In this document: positions 16,272 to 26,098 of the stretch, piece by piece
Layout of the letters: every line of letters begins with the position of its first letter
Numbering within the stretch: position 1 is the stretch's first letter
From: an uncultured archaeon
Lineage (GTDB): Archaea > Asgardarchaeota > Thorarchaeia > Thorarchaeales > Thorarchaeaceae
DNA: 32,000 nucleotides
Assembly (NCBI GenBank): GCA_964354495.1
Contig: CAYHAA010000001.1
Location: 218,075 to 250,074, forward strand
Direction of reading: 5' to 3'
Notes under the pieces: model-generated
Databases searched by the model: none
The model's input: the letters and a program-made list of their open reading frames with translations, nothing else
What the model was told of the DNA's origin: nothing
Made by a program: the position numbers and the translations under genes

Positions 16272-18002
16272 ATGTTGAGAGTCCAGCATTGGTCGTGGGT
16301 TGTACTGTGTTGCTTAGCTGTTCCAATCCTGATAGTCTATTGTCCTCCGCTCCAATTCCAAGGACCTACGATCCGCGAAGCTTCTCCTATCGTTGATAAT
16401 CCCGGCACTGTCAATATCGCTGATACAACGCCCCATGACCCGATCAATATAACAAGCAATCAGGATTTCATCTCCCAGGGATGGCCCGGAAATGGTTCTC
16501 AGACCAACCCCTATCGCTTGGAGAATCTGTCCATCAGCGGGAATGAGACCTGTATCCGCATAAGCGACACAGATGTCTTCTTCATTGTGACAGGATGTGT
16601 AGTGAGTGTTGTGGATGTCTACGAGGTCAGTCCACCTGTTTCTTCTGTTCATTTCTCGAATGTGACCAATGGCATACTCATGAACAGCGTGGTTTCCTCG
16701 CCGTCGTATGCTGTTCTCTTCGAGAGTTCACGGTATTGCTCCATATCGGATTGCCAGATTGATGCAGAAAGCTGGTGCGTACATTTCCAGAATTGTTCTG
16801 CGTGTGTGCTCTCGCAGTCAGTGATTAGCGGTTCCCGGTCGGGGGTCTATCTTGAGGATACTTCTGATGTCAGAGTGCTTTCAAACGTAGTGGTCGGTGG
16901 ATATTACCACGGTTATGGCATCTTGGTTTCTGGGAGCTCTGGATTTGAAGTCAGTAACAACGAAGTGTGCAGCACTAACCGGTTTGATCATGATGGCATA
17001 TCCGTTTATGACTCATCGTCTGGTGCTGTGACAAATAACACGGTCTACCAGAATCGCGATGGCATAGCTCTCTCTGACATGACATACTGCGATGTGATTA
17101 ACAACTCGGTGTACGACAATTATGTTGGCATCTTCATCTACTCGAATGGGGACTACTGCACGATTGAGTCGAACTCGATTCACCATAATGACTGCGGGCT
17201 CTGGGCTTGGGGCGACAATAACACAATCTCAAGGAACTCATTTCAGGCAAATGAAGGGGGGCATGCAGATGATAGCGGGAATGGAAATGTCTGGCTCCAG
17301 AACTGGTGGGATGATTACATCGGGTACGGATGGTATCCCGTGGAGGGCATTGCCGGGAGTTACGACACCGATCCTGAGCCGAAGAATACCGCACTTCTTG
17401 TAGCTACAACTGGCTCGATTCTTCTGATTGTACTTGGGGGTTTCTTAGTCGCTCTTTATATCACGCGACGGGTCAGGCGGGCAGCTCCGATTGAACAAAG
17501 CATGGCAGATTGGGATACTAGAGAGCGCTTCTCCCTACCACTCGTTGTCAGCATGCTGCTGTCGTTCGGTGTGCATCTGTACTTGCCTGCCTTCAATCCT
17601 GCGAGATGGTCTGTCTGGACTGCGACACCTCTGGGCGTACTCTCCTGGACTGGACAACCATCCTGGGGCCATCAGGCAGTTGAGTTTGTTTTTCCGGTGA
17701 CTGAAGATGTCCAGCTTCTATTCTTCTACGTTCTATTCGGGTTTCTATGGTTCATTCTGAATGCGGTTGTGGTACGAAGGTTCTGGCTCTTCACAGGGGG
17801 CGAAATAGACAAGAAAACGATGAAGAGAACCATCCAAATCGTCCTGATCGTGATGCTTGCCATGAGTCTTGCCACACTGACGATTCCTCTGCCGGTGACG
17901 CCTCTTGCGACACTACTGCAGGTGTCAAGGTTCAAAGACACAGACAGCAGCTCGGAGACTGTTACTCAAGAACGCACTGAGCCTAAAGCAATTCATCTCT
18001 GA
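16272..18002 (+). CDS. Surface protein with NosD/CASH right-handed beta-helix and C-terminal membrane domain, copy 1
   Basis: N-terminal hydrophobic segment, PINITSNQDFISQGWPGNGSQTNPYRLENL, Asn-ladder repeats (SNNEV, TNNTV, INNSV), NWWDDY, then several TM helices. Confidence 0.88.
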   Translation: MLRVQHWSWVVLCCLAVPILIVYCPPLQFQGPTIREASPIVDNPGTVNIADTTPHDPINITSNQDFISQGWPGNGSQTNPYRLENLSISGNETCIRISDTDVFFIVTGCVVSVVDVYEVSPPVSSVHFSNVTNGILMNSVVSSPSYAVLFESSRYCSISDCQIDAESWCVHFQNCSACVLSQSVISGSRSGVYLEDTSDVRVLSNVVVGGYYHGYGILVSGSSGFEVSNNEVCSTNRFDHDGISVYDSSSGAVTNNTVYQNRDGIALSDMTYCDVINNSVYDNYVGIFIYSNGDYCTIESNSIHHNDCGLWAWGDNNTISRNSFQANEGGHADDSGNGNVWLQNWWDDYIGYGWYPVEGIAGSYDTDPEPKNTALLVATTGSILLIVLGGFLVALYITRRVRRAAPIEQSMADWDTRERFSLPLVVSMLLSFGVHLYLPAFNPARWSVWTATPLGVLSWTGQPSWGHQAVEFVFPVTEDVQLLFFYVLFGFLWFILNAVVVRRFWLFTGGEIDKKTMKRTIQIVLIVMLAMSLATLTIPLPVTPLATLLQVSRFKDTDSSSETVTQERTEPKAIHL

Positions 18003-18087
18003 GTCCTGAGGCGAGGCGTGAGTCAGGAGTCAAATTACTATCTACAAAGAGGTTAAATCCCTGTACTCAGTAGGCTGTGCGGGGATA

Positions 18088-19782
18088 GTGTTGAGAGTCA
18101 GGTCTTGGTCGTGGATTCTCTTGTGCATCTTGGTTGTGCCAATGCTGATGGTCTATCATCTTCCACTCCAGTTCCAAGGACCTACGATCCGCGAAACTTC
18201 TCCTATCGTTGATGATCCCGGTACCGTCAATATCGCTGATACAACGCACCACGAACCAATCACTATAGCAAGCAATCAGGACTTCATCTCCCAGGGATGG
18301 CCTGGAAACGGTTCTCAGACCTACCCCTATCGATTGGAGAATCTGTCTATCAGTGCGAATGGGACCTGTATCGGCATCAGCAACACGAATGCCTTCTTCG
18401 TCGTGACTGGCTGCGTGTTGAGTGCCCCTGATGCCCCTGAGGAATACCCAGACGCGCAGTGTGTTTCCTTTTCGAATGTGACTAATGGCGTTCTCATGGG
18501 CAGTGTGGTTTCCGCGAGGTCTCGCTTGGAGAGCTCATATGCTGTTCTCTTCGAGAGTTCACGGTATTGCTCCATATTAGATTGCCAGATTGATGGACGT
18601 GCCACCTGTGTTCGTTTTAGGAATAGTTCTGAGTGTGTGCTCTCGGGGTCACTGATTGACGGAAGTGAGGAGAGCACAGTCCGTCTTGATGAAACATCTG
18701 ATGTCCGGATTATCTCGAACCAAGTGTGGGGTGGAGACGAAGGCATCGATGTTTTTGAGAGCTCTGGATTCGAGATTAGTAACAACGAGATTTGGGCCTA
18801 TCATAGAGGTGTGTCTTTCCTCAGAGCATCGTATAGTACTGTAGCAAACAACAGTATCCGCACGTATTACGGTGATGGCATGAGCATCTCCAACATGACA
18901 GCATGCTATGTGGTCAACAACTCGGTGTACGACAATCACTATGGCATCATGGCATTCGACTCAATCAACTGCACATTCGAGTCGAATTCAATTCACGACA
19001 ATATGCGGGGATTCGCCATCTGGTCGGGGCATAGTAATACGATCTCCAAGAACTTGTTCTGGGCAAATGATCATGGGAATGCTGAAGATGGGGGGCGCGG
19101 AAATATCTGGATCCAGAACTGGTGGGACGACTACATTGGGTACGGATGGTACCCAATAGAGGGCGATGCAGGCAGCTACGACACTGACCCCGAGCCCAAG
19201 AACACTGCGGCTCTTGTGGCAACCACTGGTTCGATTCTTCTCATAGTATTGGGGGGTCTCTTAATAGCTGCTTATGTCACGCGACGGGCCAGGCGGGCAC
19301 CTCCGATTGAGCAGGGAATAGCAAATTGGGAAATCAAAGAGTCTCTCACCCTACCGCTTGCCTTCGGCATGCTGCTCTCGTCGGGTGTGCACCTGTACTT
19401 GCCTGCCATCAATCCTGTAAGATGGTCTATCTGGGCGATATCGCCCATGGGTGTGCTCTCGTGGACCGGGCAGCCACACCATCTCCATCCGGCCATTGAG
19501 TTCTTCTTGCCAGCGTACCTTCCAGCAACATACAATATCGAGCTTCTTCTCTTTTACATTCTATTCGGCTTTGTATGGTCGATTCTCAACGGGCTTGTAG
19601 TACTATGGTTCTGGTACTTTGCAGGGGGCGAAATCAACAAGAGTACCATGAAGAGAGCTATTACCGTTGTCCTTTACGTGATGCTCATCATGAGCCTCGT
19701 TACGCTCACAATTCCTCTGCCAGTGGTCCCTCTTGCGACACTACTGCAGGTGTCAAGGTTCAAGGATGCAGAAGGGAATTGA
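18088..19782 (+). CDS. Surface protein with NosD/CASH beta-helix and C-terminal membrane domain, copy 2
   Basis: Paralog of 16272-18002 with the same architecture; GTG start. Confidence 0.88.
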   Translation: MLRVRSWSWILLCILVVPMLMVYHLPLQFQGPTIRETSPIVDDPGTVNIADTTHHEPITIASNQDFISQGWPGNGSQTYPYRLENLSISANGTCIGISNTNAFFVVTGCVLSAPDAPEEYPDAQCVSFSNVTNGVLMGSVVSARSRLESSYAVLFESSRYCSILDCQIDGRATCVRFRNSSECVLSGSLIDGSEESTVRLDETSDVRIISNQVWGGDEGIDVFESSGFEISNNEIWAYHRGVSFLRASYSTVANNSIRTYYGDGMSISNMTACYVVNNSVYDNHYGIMAFDSINCTFESNSIHDNMRGFAIWSGHSNTISKNLFWANDHGNAEDGGRGNIWIQNWWDDYIGYGWYPIEGDAGSYDTDPEPKNTAALVATTGSILLIVLGGLLIAAYVTRRARRAPPIEQGIANWEIKESLTLPLAFGMLLSSGVHLYLPAINPVRWSIWAISPMGVLSWTGQPHHLHPAIEFFLPAYLPATYNIELLLFYILFGFVWSILNGLVVLWFWYFAGGEINKSTMKRAITVVLYVMLIMSLVTLTIPLPVVPLATLLQVSRFKDAEGN

Positions 19783-19861
19783 TGATTGGTCATAGTCCCT
19801 GTATTCATGATGCACGAAGTGAGTCTGCCCATAGAGTGCCCTGAAGTTGTGCTATTGAGAC

Positions 19862-20866
19862 CTAACTTTCCGGGGAAACAGCTGAACCCTCTTCATGCTC
19901 TTGAGTCTCAGATGGGACAAGCACTGTTTCGAGCTCCATCTCTTTGGCTCCGAGCCTTCTCGCGACGCTCAGAATGCCCCTCTTCATCCCTCTGATCAGA
20001 ATCTCGTGGAAGACTATGAGCGGAAGCACAAATGCCACTGCAAGTAGGGGAACGCCAACTGTAAGGAGCAACGCCCTAAACAAGAAATCTGAATTGAGGA
20101 GCTGGTTGTGAATGACTATAGGAGTGTAGAAGTATTGAACAAAGGTGACCACAGGAACCATGAACAGAGTGAATCCCCCGAGCAGATTGCTCCACCAGCG
20201 TCCGACACCAATCGTATCAGGGCATTTTCTGACTCTCAGTTCCTTGTCTTTCAAGTGCATCACGATTCCTGAGTCATTGAGAATCCATGTCGGTGCAAAG
20301 AAGGCTAGGATGATTGGAAGTAGTACAAGCGCACTCACGACTGAGCTCAGAGGCAGATAGGCAGGTCTCACAACATCTAGAACTAATAGTGGCTCGGTAT
20401 AGAGGAGGTCTCTAATCAGCCCTGAAATCACCCCGCCCATTGATAGTGAGAAGAGTGCCGGAATGAAGGCTCTTCTGATCATGCGAAATGAACCAAATTC
20501 GTTCCCTATCCTCACTACATCAATATCATACGCAGGACTCTTCATGACTCTGGTTACAGTGAGCATGAATGCTGCCAACGGCAATGATGTGAGGAGATAG
20601 ATACCTCCGGCAATAAGCACTATATATGTGATGAGCGATGTGATATCAGCATCGACTGAACCAGTGCTGTAGGGCAACATGCTATAGGCTGTCGCGTCAC
20701 TCCCAAATGCTAGCACAAAATTAGCGAGGATGATATTGACCACCCACATAGCCAGAGCCAAGCAGGCAAGAGAAAAGACTATCATGGGCAGGACTCTAGG
20801 TATTCTGTCTGTCGTTCGAGCACCTCCTAAGTAGATTCTCATGTCTGGTCGACTGTGCAAACTCAA
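19862..20866 (-). CDS. Hypothetical polytopic membrane protein
   Basis: 334 aa with about 6 hydrophobic segments; no family recognised. Confidence 0.75.
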   Translation of the reverse strand: MSLHSRPDMRIYLGGARTTDRIPRVLPMIVFSLACLALAMWVVNIILANFVLAFGSDATAYSMLPYSTGSVDADITSLITYIVLIAGGIYLLTSLPLAAFMLTVTRVMKSPAYDIDVVRIGNEFGSFRMIRRAFIPALFSLSMGGVISGLIRDLLYTEPLLVLDVVRPAYLPLSSVVSALVLLPIILAFFAPTWILNDSGIVMHLKDKELRVRKCPDTIGVGRWWSNLLGGFTLFMVPVVTFVQYFYTPIVIHNQLLNSDFLFRALLLTVGVPLLAVAFVLPLIVFHEILIRGMKRGILSVARRLGAKEMELETVLVPSETQEHEEGSAVSPES

Positions 20867-20907
20867 TCATATGAATGCAGTACATCCTGATAAGAACATT
20901 GCCTGCC

Positions 20908-21618
20908 TCAGAGTGTGGACTTCTTTGCTCTATAGTACTCCTTGTTGTATTCTTCTCTCAGTTCTTCTTCAGATACGAGCGGCTGACTGATAATATCGAG
21001 AGTTTCTGCTGACATCCTTCCCTCTCTGACCAGTTGAGCACCAGCTCTTCTTGCGGCATTTAGTACTTCTTCGGCCTTGTCCTTAGCCCTATCCATTACA
21101 AATGCATGAGGCCGTATCACAGAACCTGAGAACTCGACTCCTACATCCTTTGCGATCCCTTCAACAATTCGAACCACTGTGTCCATGTTCTCCTTCTCCC
21201 ACCACCCTCCGACTGATACAAGTACAATCTTGGATATCCGCACATCATCATGGAACCGTGCTCGCGTTCTTCCATCTCGGAATTCAAGCACAGGTTCGAC
21301 AATTGGCATCAGCCTATTCAACAGGTTCTGTATCTCTCCCGGAAGGGGTAGGTAGACTGGAATAGCAAGAACAAGAATATCTGATTCGCGTAGCTTGACA
21401 TAGAGGTCCTGCATGTCGTCAGTCTGGACACATTTCCCGACCTTCTCATACCAGCATGCGAAGTCACCCAAACATGGTCTGATTTTGAGCCGTTTTGCAT
21501 AGACCAGCTCGATTGCGGCACCTGCCTCTTTCATACCATCAAGAAATGCATTCAGCAGTCTCTTCGTGTATCCCTTTTCCATGCGTGCACTGCCATTTAT
21601 GGCCAGAACCTTAGTCAT
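20908..21618 (-). CDS. Flavodoxin-like NAD(P)H-dependent FMN reductase / iron-sulfur flavoprotein family
   Basis: KVLAINGSAR...GYT, IRPCLGDFACW...GKC..DDM, AIPVY. ATG at 21618 preferred. Confidence 0.88.
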   Translation of the reverse strand: MTKVLAINGSARMEKGYTKRLLNAFLDGMKEAGAAIELVYAKRLKIRPCLGDFACWYEKVGKCVQTDDMQDLYVKLRESDILVLAIPVYLPLPGEIQNLLNRLMPIVEPVLEFRDGRTRARFHDDVRISKIVLVSVGGWWEKENMDTVVRIVEGIAKDVGVEFSGSVIRPHAFVMDRAKDKAEEVLNAARRAGAQLVREGRMSAETLDIISQPLVSEEELREEYNKEYYRAKKSTL

Positions 21619-21802
21619 GTACCACACCTTGAAGAGTTGTGCATGCTTGAGTCATGGTCGTTGTAGGATGGTAATCTCTGCTATAAATTCTTGGAAATCT
21701 GGTGCGAATGGGAGAACAACTAGTTGATAAGAAGGCGTGTCGTTATTTGTACCAGTAGCTGTCTGCATCTGCATGAGATGCTAGCGTGTGGAGGTTGAAG
21801 AC

Positions 21803-22318
21803 ATGGCTAAATGGGAACTCATACTTGCGACTATCGTAGGCGTAATCCTTTTTGTATCAGATTTGGTGTTTGGATGGTTGACGATGTTCTTGGGTCCCAT
21901 CCCAGTCATATTCATAGTAGCTATTATCATCGGCGTCATCGCTGGTGGGATTGGCCTAGCGCTATTGAGCACACTGGCCTCATGGGCAATCGGCATTGTG
22001 ATAGGTGCTCTGATTGCTCCGGTGGCCTTTGATGACTTCTTTACGAGCGAACCGACCTTCTTCAGTCTGCTCTTCTTCGTGTTCATTTACTCAATACGGG
22101 GTATGTACAACTTCACATATGAAGGCGATATTGTAGAAGTTTTGATCGTGGGTCTTCTCTATCTCGTCGTCATGATAGTCATCACGCCGATAATCTATCT
22201 CCTATCGTTTGTCCTCGCAGCACTGGGAGGCATTCTTGGAAAACTCCTACGCAAGAGCTTGAACAAAGAGGGCGAAACAGCCCAGCCTGCCACGCCAGCG
22301 CCGAGTAATCTTCAATAG
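21803..22318 (+). CDS. Hypothetical membrane protein (4-5 TM)
   Basis: Strongly hydrophobic Gly-rich helices; ATG 21803 behind GGAGG. Confidence 0.75.
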   Translation: MAKWELILATIVGVILFVSDLVFGWLTMFLGPIPVIFIVAIIIGVIAGGIGLALLSTLASWAIGIVIGALIAPVAFDDFFTSEPTFFSLLFFVFIYSIRGMYNFTYEGDIVEVLIVGLLYLVVMIVITPIIYLLSFVLAALGGILGKLLRKSLNKEGETAQPATPAPSNLQ

Positions 22319-22451
22319 GACATGTTCTCCATTGGCGGCTGAGTGGTCATTGGTATAGTCTTGGACATGAACGACAATCTGATTGGAAATCAACTGTGTT
22401 AGAATTGGGAATGTTTAAAATCCCCCCTGCGGATTGCAGGGTGGCGGTATA

Positions 22452-22676
22452 ATGGCAGAAATTCCAACTCCATCTGGCGGCAGCGGTGGAAGACTCTATC
22501 GCTCCCGTGATAACAAGATGCTCCTCGGTGTGTGTGGGGGCTTGGGTAAGTACTTCAATACTGATCCCACAATCGTGCGAGTGATTTGGGTCCTGCTCAC
22601 TCTGATTACAGTTGGTGTTGGACTGCTTGGCTATCTCATCGCCGCATTGGTCATTCCAGAGGAGCCCTTAGGATAG
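22452..22676 (+). CDS. pspC: PspC domain protein
   Basis: RLYRSRDNKMLLGVCGGLGKYFNTDPTIVRVIWV...YLIAALVIPEEP is the PspC signature. TTTAAAA about 35 nt upstream. Confidence 0.92.
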   Translation: MAEIPTPSGGSGGRLYRSRDNKMLLGVCGGLGKYFNTDPTIVRVIWVLLTLITVGVGLLGYLIAALVIPEEPLG

Positions 22677-22758
22677 GTGCACACTGGGCTTAGTTCTTGG
22701 CATATCCGAAGGTATTTATCTCACCCGAGATGCACACCGAAGCACATCGGTGAACGCC

Positions 22759-23757
22759 ATGCCTATCGGTCTGAGTAGAAGCACGGGACTGGCCGCTTCA
22801 ATCATCGCTATAGTTGCAGTTGCCTCCCTGACAGTTGTCTTCCTTCTGCAGCCACAGACGCCGATTGATACAGAGGTGATCCTCACTATCAATGTGGGTG
22901 ATTCCTCTGATAACTACACCATGAGTGATCTGTATTCCCTTCCGAGCATAACATGTTCTGCAGGATTCGTCAAGACTGGTACCAGCCCCTATACAATTGT
23001 GAGTCCTTCAAATTGGACCGGCATTCCTCTTGCACAGCTGCTTTCACGAACCGGAAGTCTGCCTGAGAACCACAGCCTTCGAATCTTGAGTAGTGATGGC
23101 TATGATACATATTTCACAGTGAGTGAGTTTGAGGGCTCATTAGAGGCATACAATTCATCCACAGCAGAACCGATTGGAATTCAGAACTTCACGATGGTTC
23201 TTGCCTACAGACAGAATGGCGAATCGATTTCAAATGAGACTGGTGGTCCGCTGCGCCTCATAATGCGACCTGATGGTGACTACATGTCTGCAGGGCACAC
23301 CTTCGCGAAATATGTGAGAGAGATTTCAGTCATCGACGAGACGCTGCCTTGGTCATTGGAGCTGAAGGGAGTACTTGAATGGAACATGACGCATGATGTC
23401 TACTACTCTTTGGGCTCATGTGATCATCATCGGAAGAGCATCACGCTGAACGAGACTCTCTATGCAGGTGTTGCTCTCTGGACAATCATAGCGTCAATGG
23501 ATGGTGGAAACGACATTCACTACAGCTTCAACAATAGCCTAGTTCCCACGAATTACACAGTCACCGTTTGGTCCGATACTGGTTCTCATCTCAACTTCAC
23601 GTCCTATGAGATTGCTTTCAACAACGATATAGTTATCGCTGGATGGGCTGATGAGATGTTGCTGACGCCGCCAGAGTGGCCTCTTAAGCTAGTCACAGCA
23701 AGTGGTGCATATCTTGATAATGTAGTCCGGATAGAGATGACTGGCTGGCAATCGTAG
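22759..23757 (+). CDS. Membrane-anchored molybdopterin-oxidoreductase (sulfite-oxidase fold)-like protein, two tandem domains
   Basis: N-terminal TM; WTGIPLAQLL, SSDGY, MVLAYRQNGE, GGPLRL, AKYVREI; second degenerate copy (YAGVALW..., WPLKLV). Many NxS/T sequons. Confidence 0.7.
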   Translation: MPIGLSRSTGLAASIIAIVAVASLTVVFLLQPQTPIDTEVILTINVGDSSDNYTMSDLYSLPSITCSAGFVKTGTSPYTIVSPSNWTGIPLAQLLSRTGSLPENHSLRILSSDGYDTYFTVSEFEGSLEAYNSSTAEPIGIQNFTMVLAYRQNGESISNETGGPLRLIMRPDGDYMSAGHTFAKYVREISVIDETLPWSLELKGVLEWNMTHDVYYSLGSCDHHRKSITLNETLYAGVALWTIIASMDGGNDIHYSFNNSLVPTNYTVTVWSDTGSHLNFTSYEIAFNNDIVIAGWADEMLLTPPEWPLKLVTASGAYLDNVVRIEMTGWQS

Positions 23758-23895
23758 TATCTGAAAATAATGAACGAATGACTCTCTAGCGGGAGCCGCG
23801 CCATAACTGCAGGAGTGCCTATTTGCATCTATCTATAAACTCCAGATGAGTGCTCTTGTCTTGTACGATTGAGTCTGTTTGGAGTGAAGAAACAG

Positions 23896-25071
23896 ATGGT
23901 CAAGACAAGAAAGCCTTCCACGCTCTGTGTTCAAGGGGCACGTTCACAGACATCGGGCCCCGCAGTAGTTCCCATCGTGCAGACATCCACTTTCGTTTTC
24001 GAGGACCAGCAGCACATGTTGGACTCTGTACAAGGGAAGACAGGTGACCATGTGTATACACGGTGGAGCAATCCTACTACCAAGAGCGTCGAAGAGAAGA
24101 TCAGTTCCCTTGAGGGGACAGAAGACACTCATGTAGTGGCATCTGGGATGGCTGCGATTACATCTGCAGTACTGGGCCTTGTAAAAGGCGGCGAGAGAAT
24201 CCTGTCGAGCGATTCCATCTATGGTGGCACGCTTCATTTCTTCAACGAGATACTGCCGCAGAATGGAATTCAGGTTGATTATGCAGATACCAATGAAGTT
24301 GCTGACGGACTGTCTGACTCTGGAGGCAAATACAGACTCTGTTTCTTCGAGACCCCAACGAATCCAACCCTAAAGATTGTGGACATCAAGAAAGTCGCTG
24401 ATGCTGCCCGTGCGACGGGAACTATTAGTATGATCGATAGCACCTTCGGGTCGCCAATCAATCAGCGCCCCTACCTGCTTGGCGTAGACCTTGTGATGCA
24501 CAGCGCGACAAAGTACTTGGGCGGTCACAGCGACATAATTGCCGGTACTATCTCTGGTTCAAAGGAAACACTAGCGAAAGTTCGGAGCGCTGCGAAGCTT
24601 CTTGGAGGGACTATGGATCCGTTCGCATCATTCTTGCTGGACCGTGGTATCAAGACTCTCAGCGTGAGAATGGAACGACATAACTCCAATGCAAAGTTCC
24701 TAGCTGAGAGGCTCGCTCGAGACAAACGAATCAGGCGAGTTCATTATCCCGGTCTCTCAAGTCACCCACAGCATGATGTTGCAAGAAGACAGATGAACGG
24801 CTTTGGAGGCATGCTGTCAGTCGACCTCGATGCTGATTTGATGGGTACTCGCAGGTTCGTAGATTCTCTTGACATATTCCTGAATGCTGTTTCACTTGGC
24901 GGAGTGGAGAGCCTAGCAAGCATTCCCGCTCTGACCACGCATTATGGGATTCGAGAAGACCTGCTCAAAGAAGCAGGAATCTGCAACTCAACTGTTCGGC
25001 TCTCAGTCGGAATTGAAGATGCAGCAGACCTGCTCGACGATCTGATGACTGCTCTAAATGTGATCAGGTGA
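23896..25071 (+). CDS. PLP-dependent trans-sulfuration enzyme (methionine gamma-lyase / cystathionine gamma-lyase/synthase family)
   Basis: YTRWSNPT, SGMAAI, ETPTNP, HSATKYLGGHSD, AVSLGGVESL, RLSVGIED. ATG 23896 behind GGAGTG. Confidence 0.93.
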   Translation: MVKTRKPSTLCVQGARSQTSGPAVVPIVQTSTFVFEDQQHMLDSVQGKTGDHVYTRWSNPTTKSVEEKISSLEGTEDTHVVASGMAAITSAVLGLVKGGERILSSDSIYGGTLHFFNEILPQNGIQVDYADTNEVADGLSDSGGKYRLCFFETPTNPTLKIVDIKKVADAARATGTISMIDSTFGSPINQRPYLLGVDLVMHSATKYLGGHSDIIAGTISGSKETLAKVRSAAKLLGGTMDPFASFLLDRGIKTLSVRMERHNSNAKFLAERLARDKRIRRVHYPGLSSHPQHDVARRQMNGFGGMLSVDLDADLMGTRRFVDSLDIFLNAVSLGGVESLASIPALTTHYGIREDLLKEAGICNSTVRLSVGIEDAADLLDDLMTALNVIR

Positions 25072-25280
25072 TACACAGGTTATATGGCCATTTGTTAAGG
25101 TCACTCACTCTCTTGTTGCTGTGAGTACTCGCCTAAGAGATGACTGCTCAACGAATTTGGTCGCCAATCTGTCCTGCCCCCTGTAGAATGGATGTCTGCC
25201 CCGATTTGAGGCATTCTCGATGAGGAGTACTTCGTGATACGGGTTATATTCGAAATCCCCTCTATGTTTCTTGATAGGAA

Positions 25281-25616
25281 ATGACAATACGGACTCAAAC
25301 AGCAATTCTCGGGATTCAGGAGAGAAGGTGCGACTGTGGCAGATGCAGCTGCGTTACTCACTATAGCAGTGAATACTGTATTCTGTGCGATGCTGCTCTT
25401 GAGATTCTGTACTCTGTCATTACTGATTTTGGAATATCGCCAGATGTTGTCCGCAAGGTGAGTATAACCAGCGATGATGATGGCGATATCGATCCGTTGC
25501 CTGTCGGTCTACCCGCGATGAGAATCTGTCAAGAGGTATTAACCGGACTACCTGACATGGACGCAGTCAGAGGTGCTGTCATGCATGCAGTCCTAAAAGG
25601 CTGTTTCTCCGATTGA
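25281..25616 (+). CDS. Small hypothetical protein with Cys-rich N-terminus
   Basis: 111 aa; CDCGRCSC...H...CILC. Confidence 0.5.
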   Translation: MTIRTQTAILGIQERRCDCGRCSCVTHYSSEYCILCDAALEILYSVITDFGISPDVVRKVSITSDDDGDIDPLPVGLPAMRICQEVLTGLPDMDAVRGAVMHAVLKGCFSD

Positions 25617-25681
25617 GATTGGTTGATGGTGACCTGTAGCGAGCGGTCAACGATTGTGCCCTTCTTGAGAAAGGACTCCCT

Positions 25682-25966
25682 CTATCTTGTGACCCGAAGA
25701 TTGACCAGGCTTCTCCAAATCTCATGAGTTCTCTGAAGTTCCAGAATTCTCTCATAATCTGCATGATAGAGAGGTTTTCTCATGTCCCTGAGATTCGGAA
25801 CCTTTCTGCAGAATTTGCCAGACTGCAGAGTCTTGAGAGCAAGCGTGACTGTCCTCATAGCTAGTCCGCTCCTATCAGCAATCTCCTGAGGACACATTGG
25901 ACCGTCCTTTGCCAACTTGTCCAGCACTATCAGGGTGCTCTTTGTGAGATTGATTGGCAGACTCAT
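25682..25966 (-). CDS. Small winged-helix DNA-binding protein (MarR/ArsR-like)
   Basis: From ATG 25966: LTKSTLIVLDKLAKDGPMCPQEIADRSGLAMRTVTLALKTL...PNLRDMRKPLY. Confidence 0.75.
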   Translation of the reverse strand: MSLPINLTKSTLIVLDKLAKDGPMCPQEIADRSGLAMRTVTLALKTLQSGKFCRKVPNLRDMRKPLYHADYERILELQRTHEIWRSLVNLRVTR

Positions 25967-26098
25967 TCTGATCACCGGTACTCTGCACACATATAGGGAG
26001 ACAGTGTCACAATCATCACTTGCCGGCCTATGGAGCTCCCTATACTCTGTATCGAGGGTGATAATAAGGATTGCCAATAGAGTAAATTCCTTACCATA

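Larger units (their letters stand above)
16231..19782 (+). repeat. Tandem direct duplication of about 1.8 kb (promoter plus gene)
   Basis: First 91 aa differ at 18 positions (hand count). Identical blocks of 40 nt (16707-16746 / 18538-18577) and 35 nt (17901-17935 / 19729-19763). Upstream TTAAA-x-CCCTGTACT shared. Confidence 0.9.

Noticed and set aside
16272-19782. Diversity-generating retroelement template/variable repeat pair
   Set aside because: Differences are not adenine-specific, involve indels across the whole gene, and no reverse transcriptase is present.
25101-25361. Minus-strand ORFs 25101-25361 and 25105-25305
   Set aside because: No motifs, atypical composition, and overlap with the start of the Cys-rich ORF.
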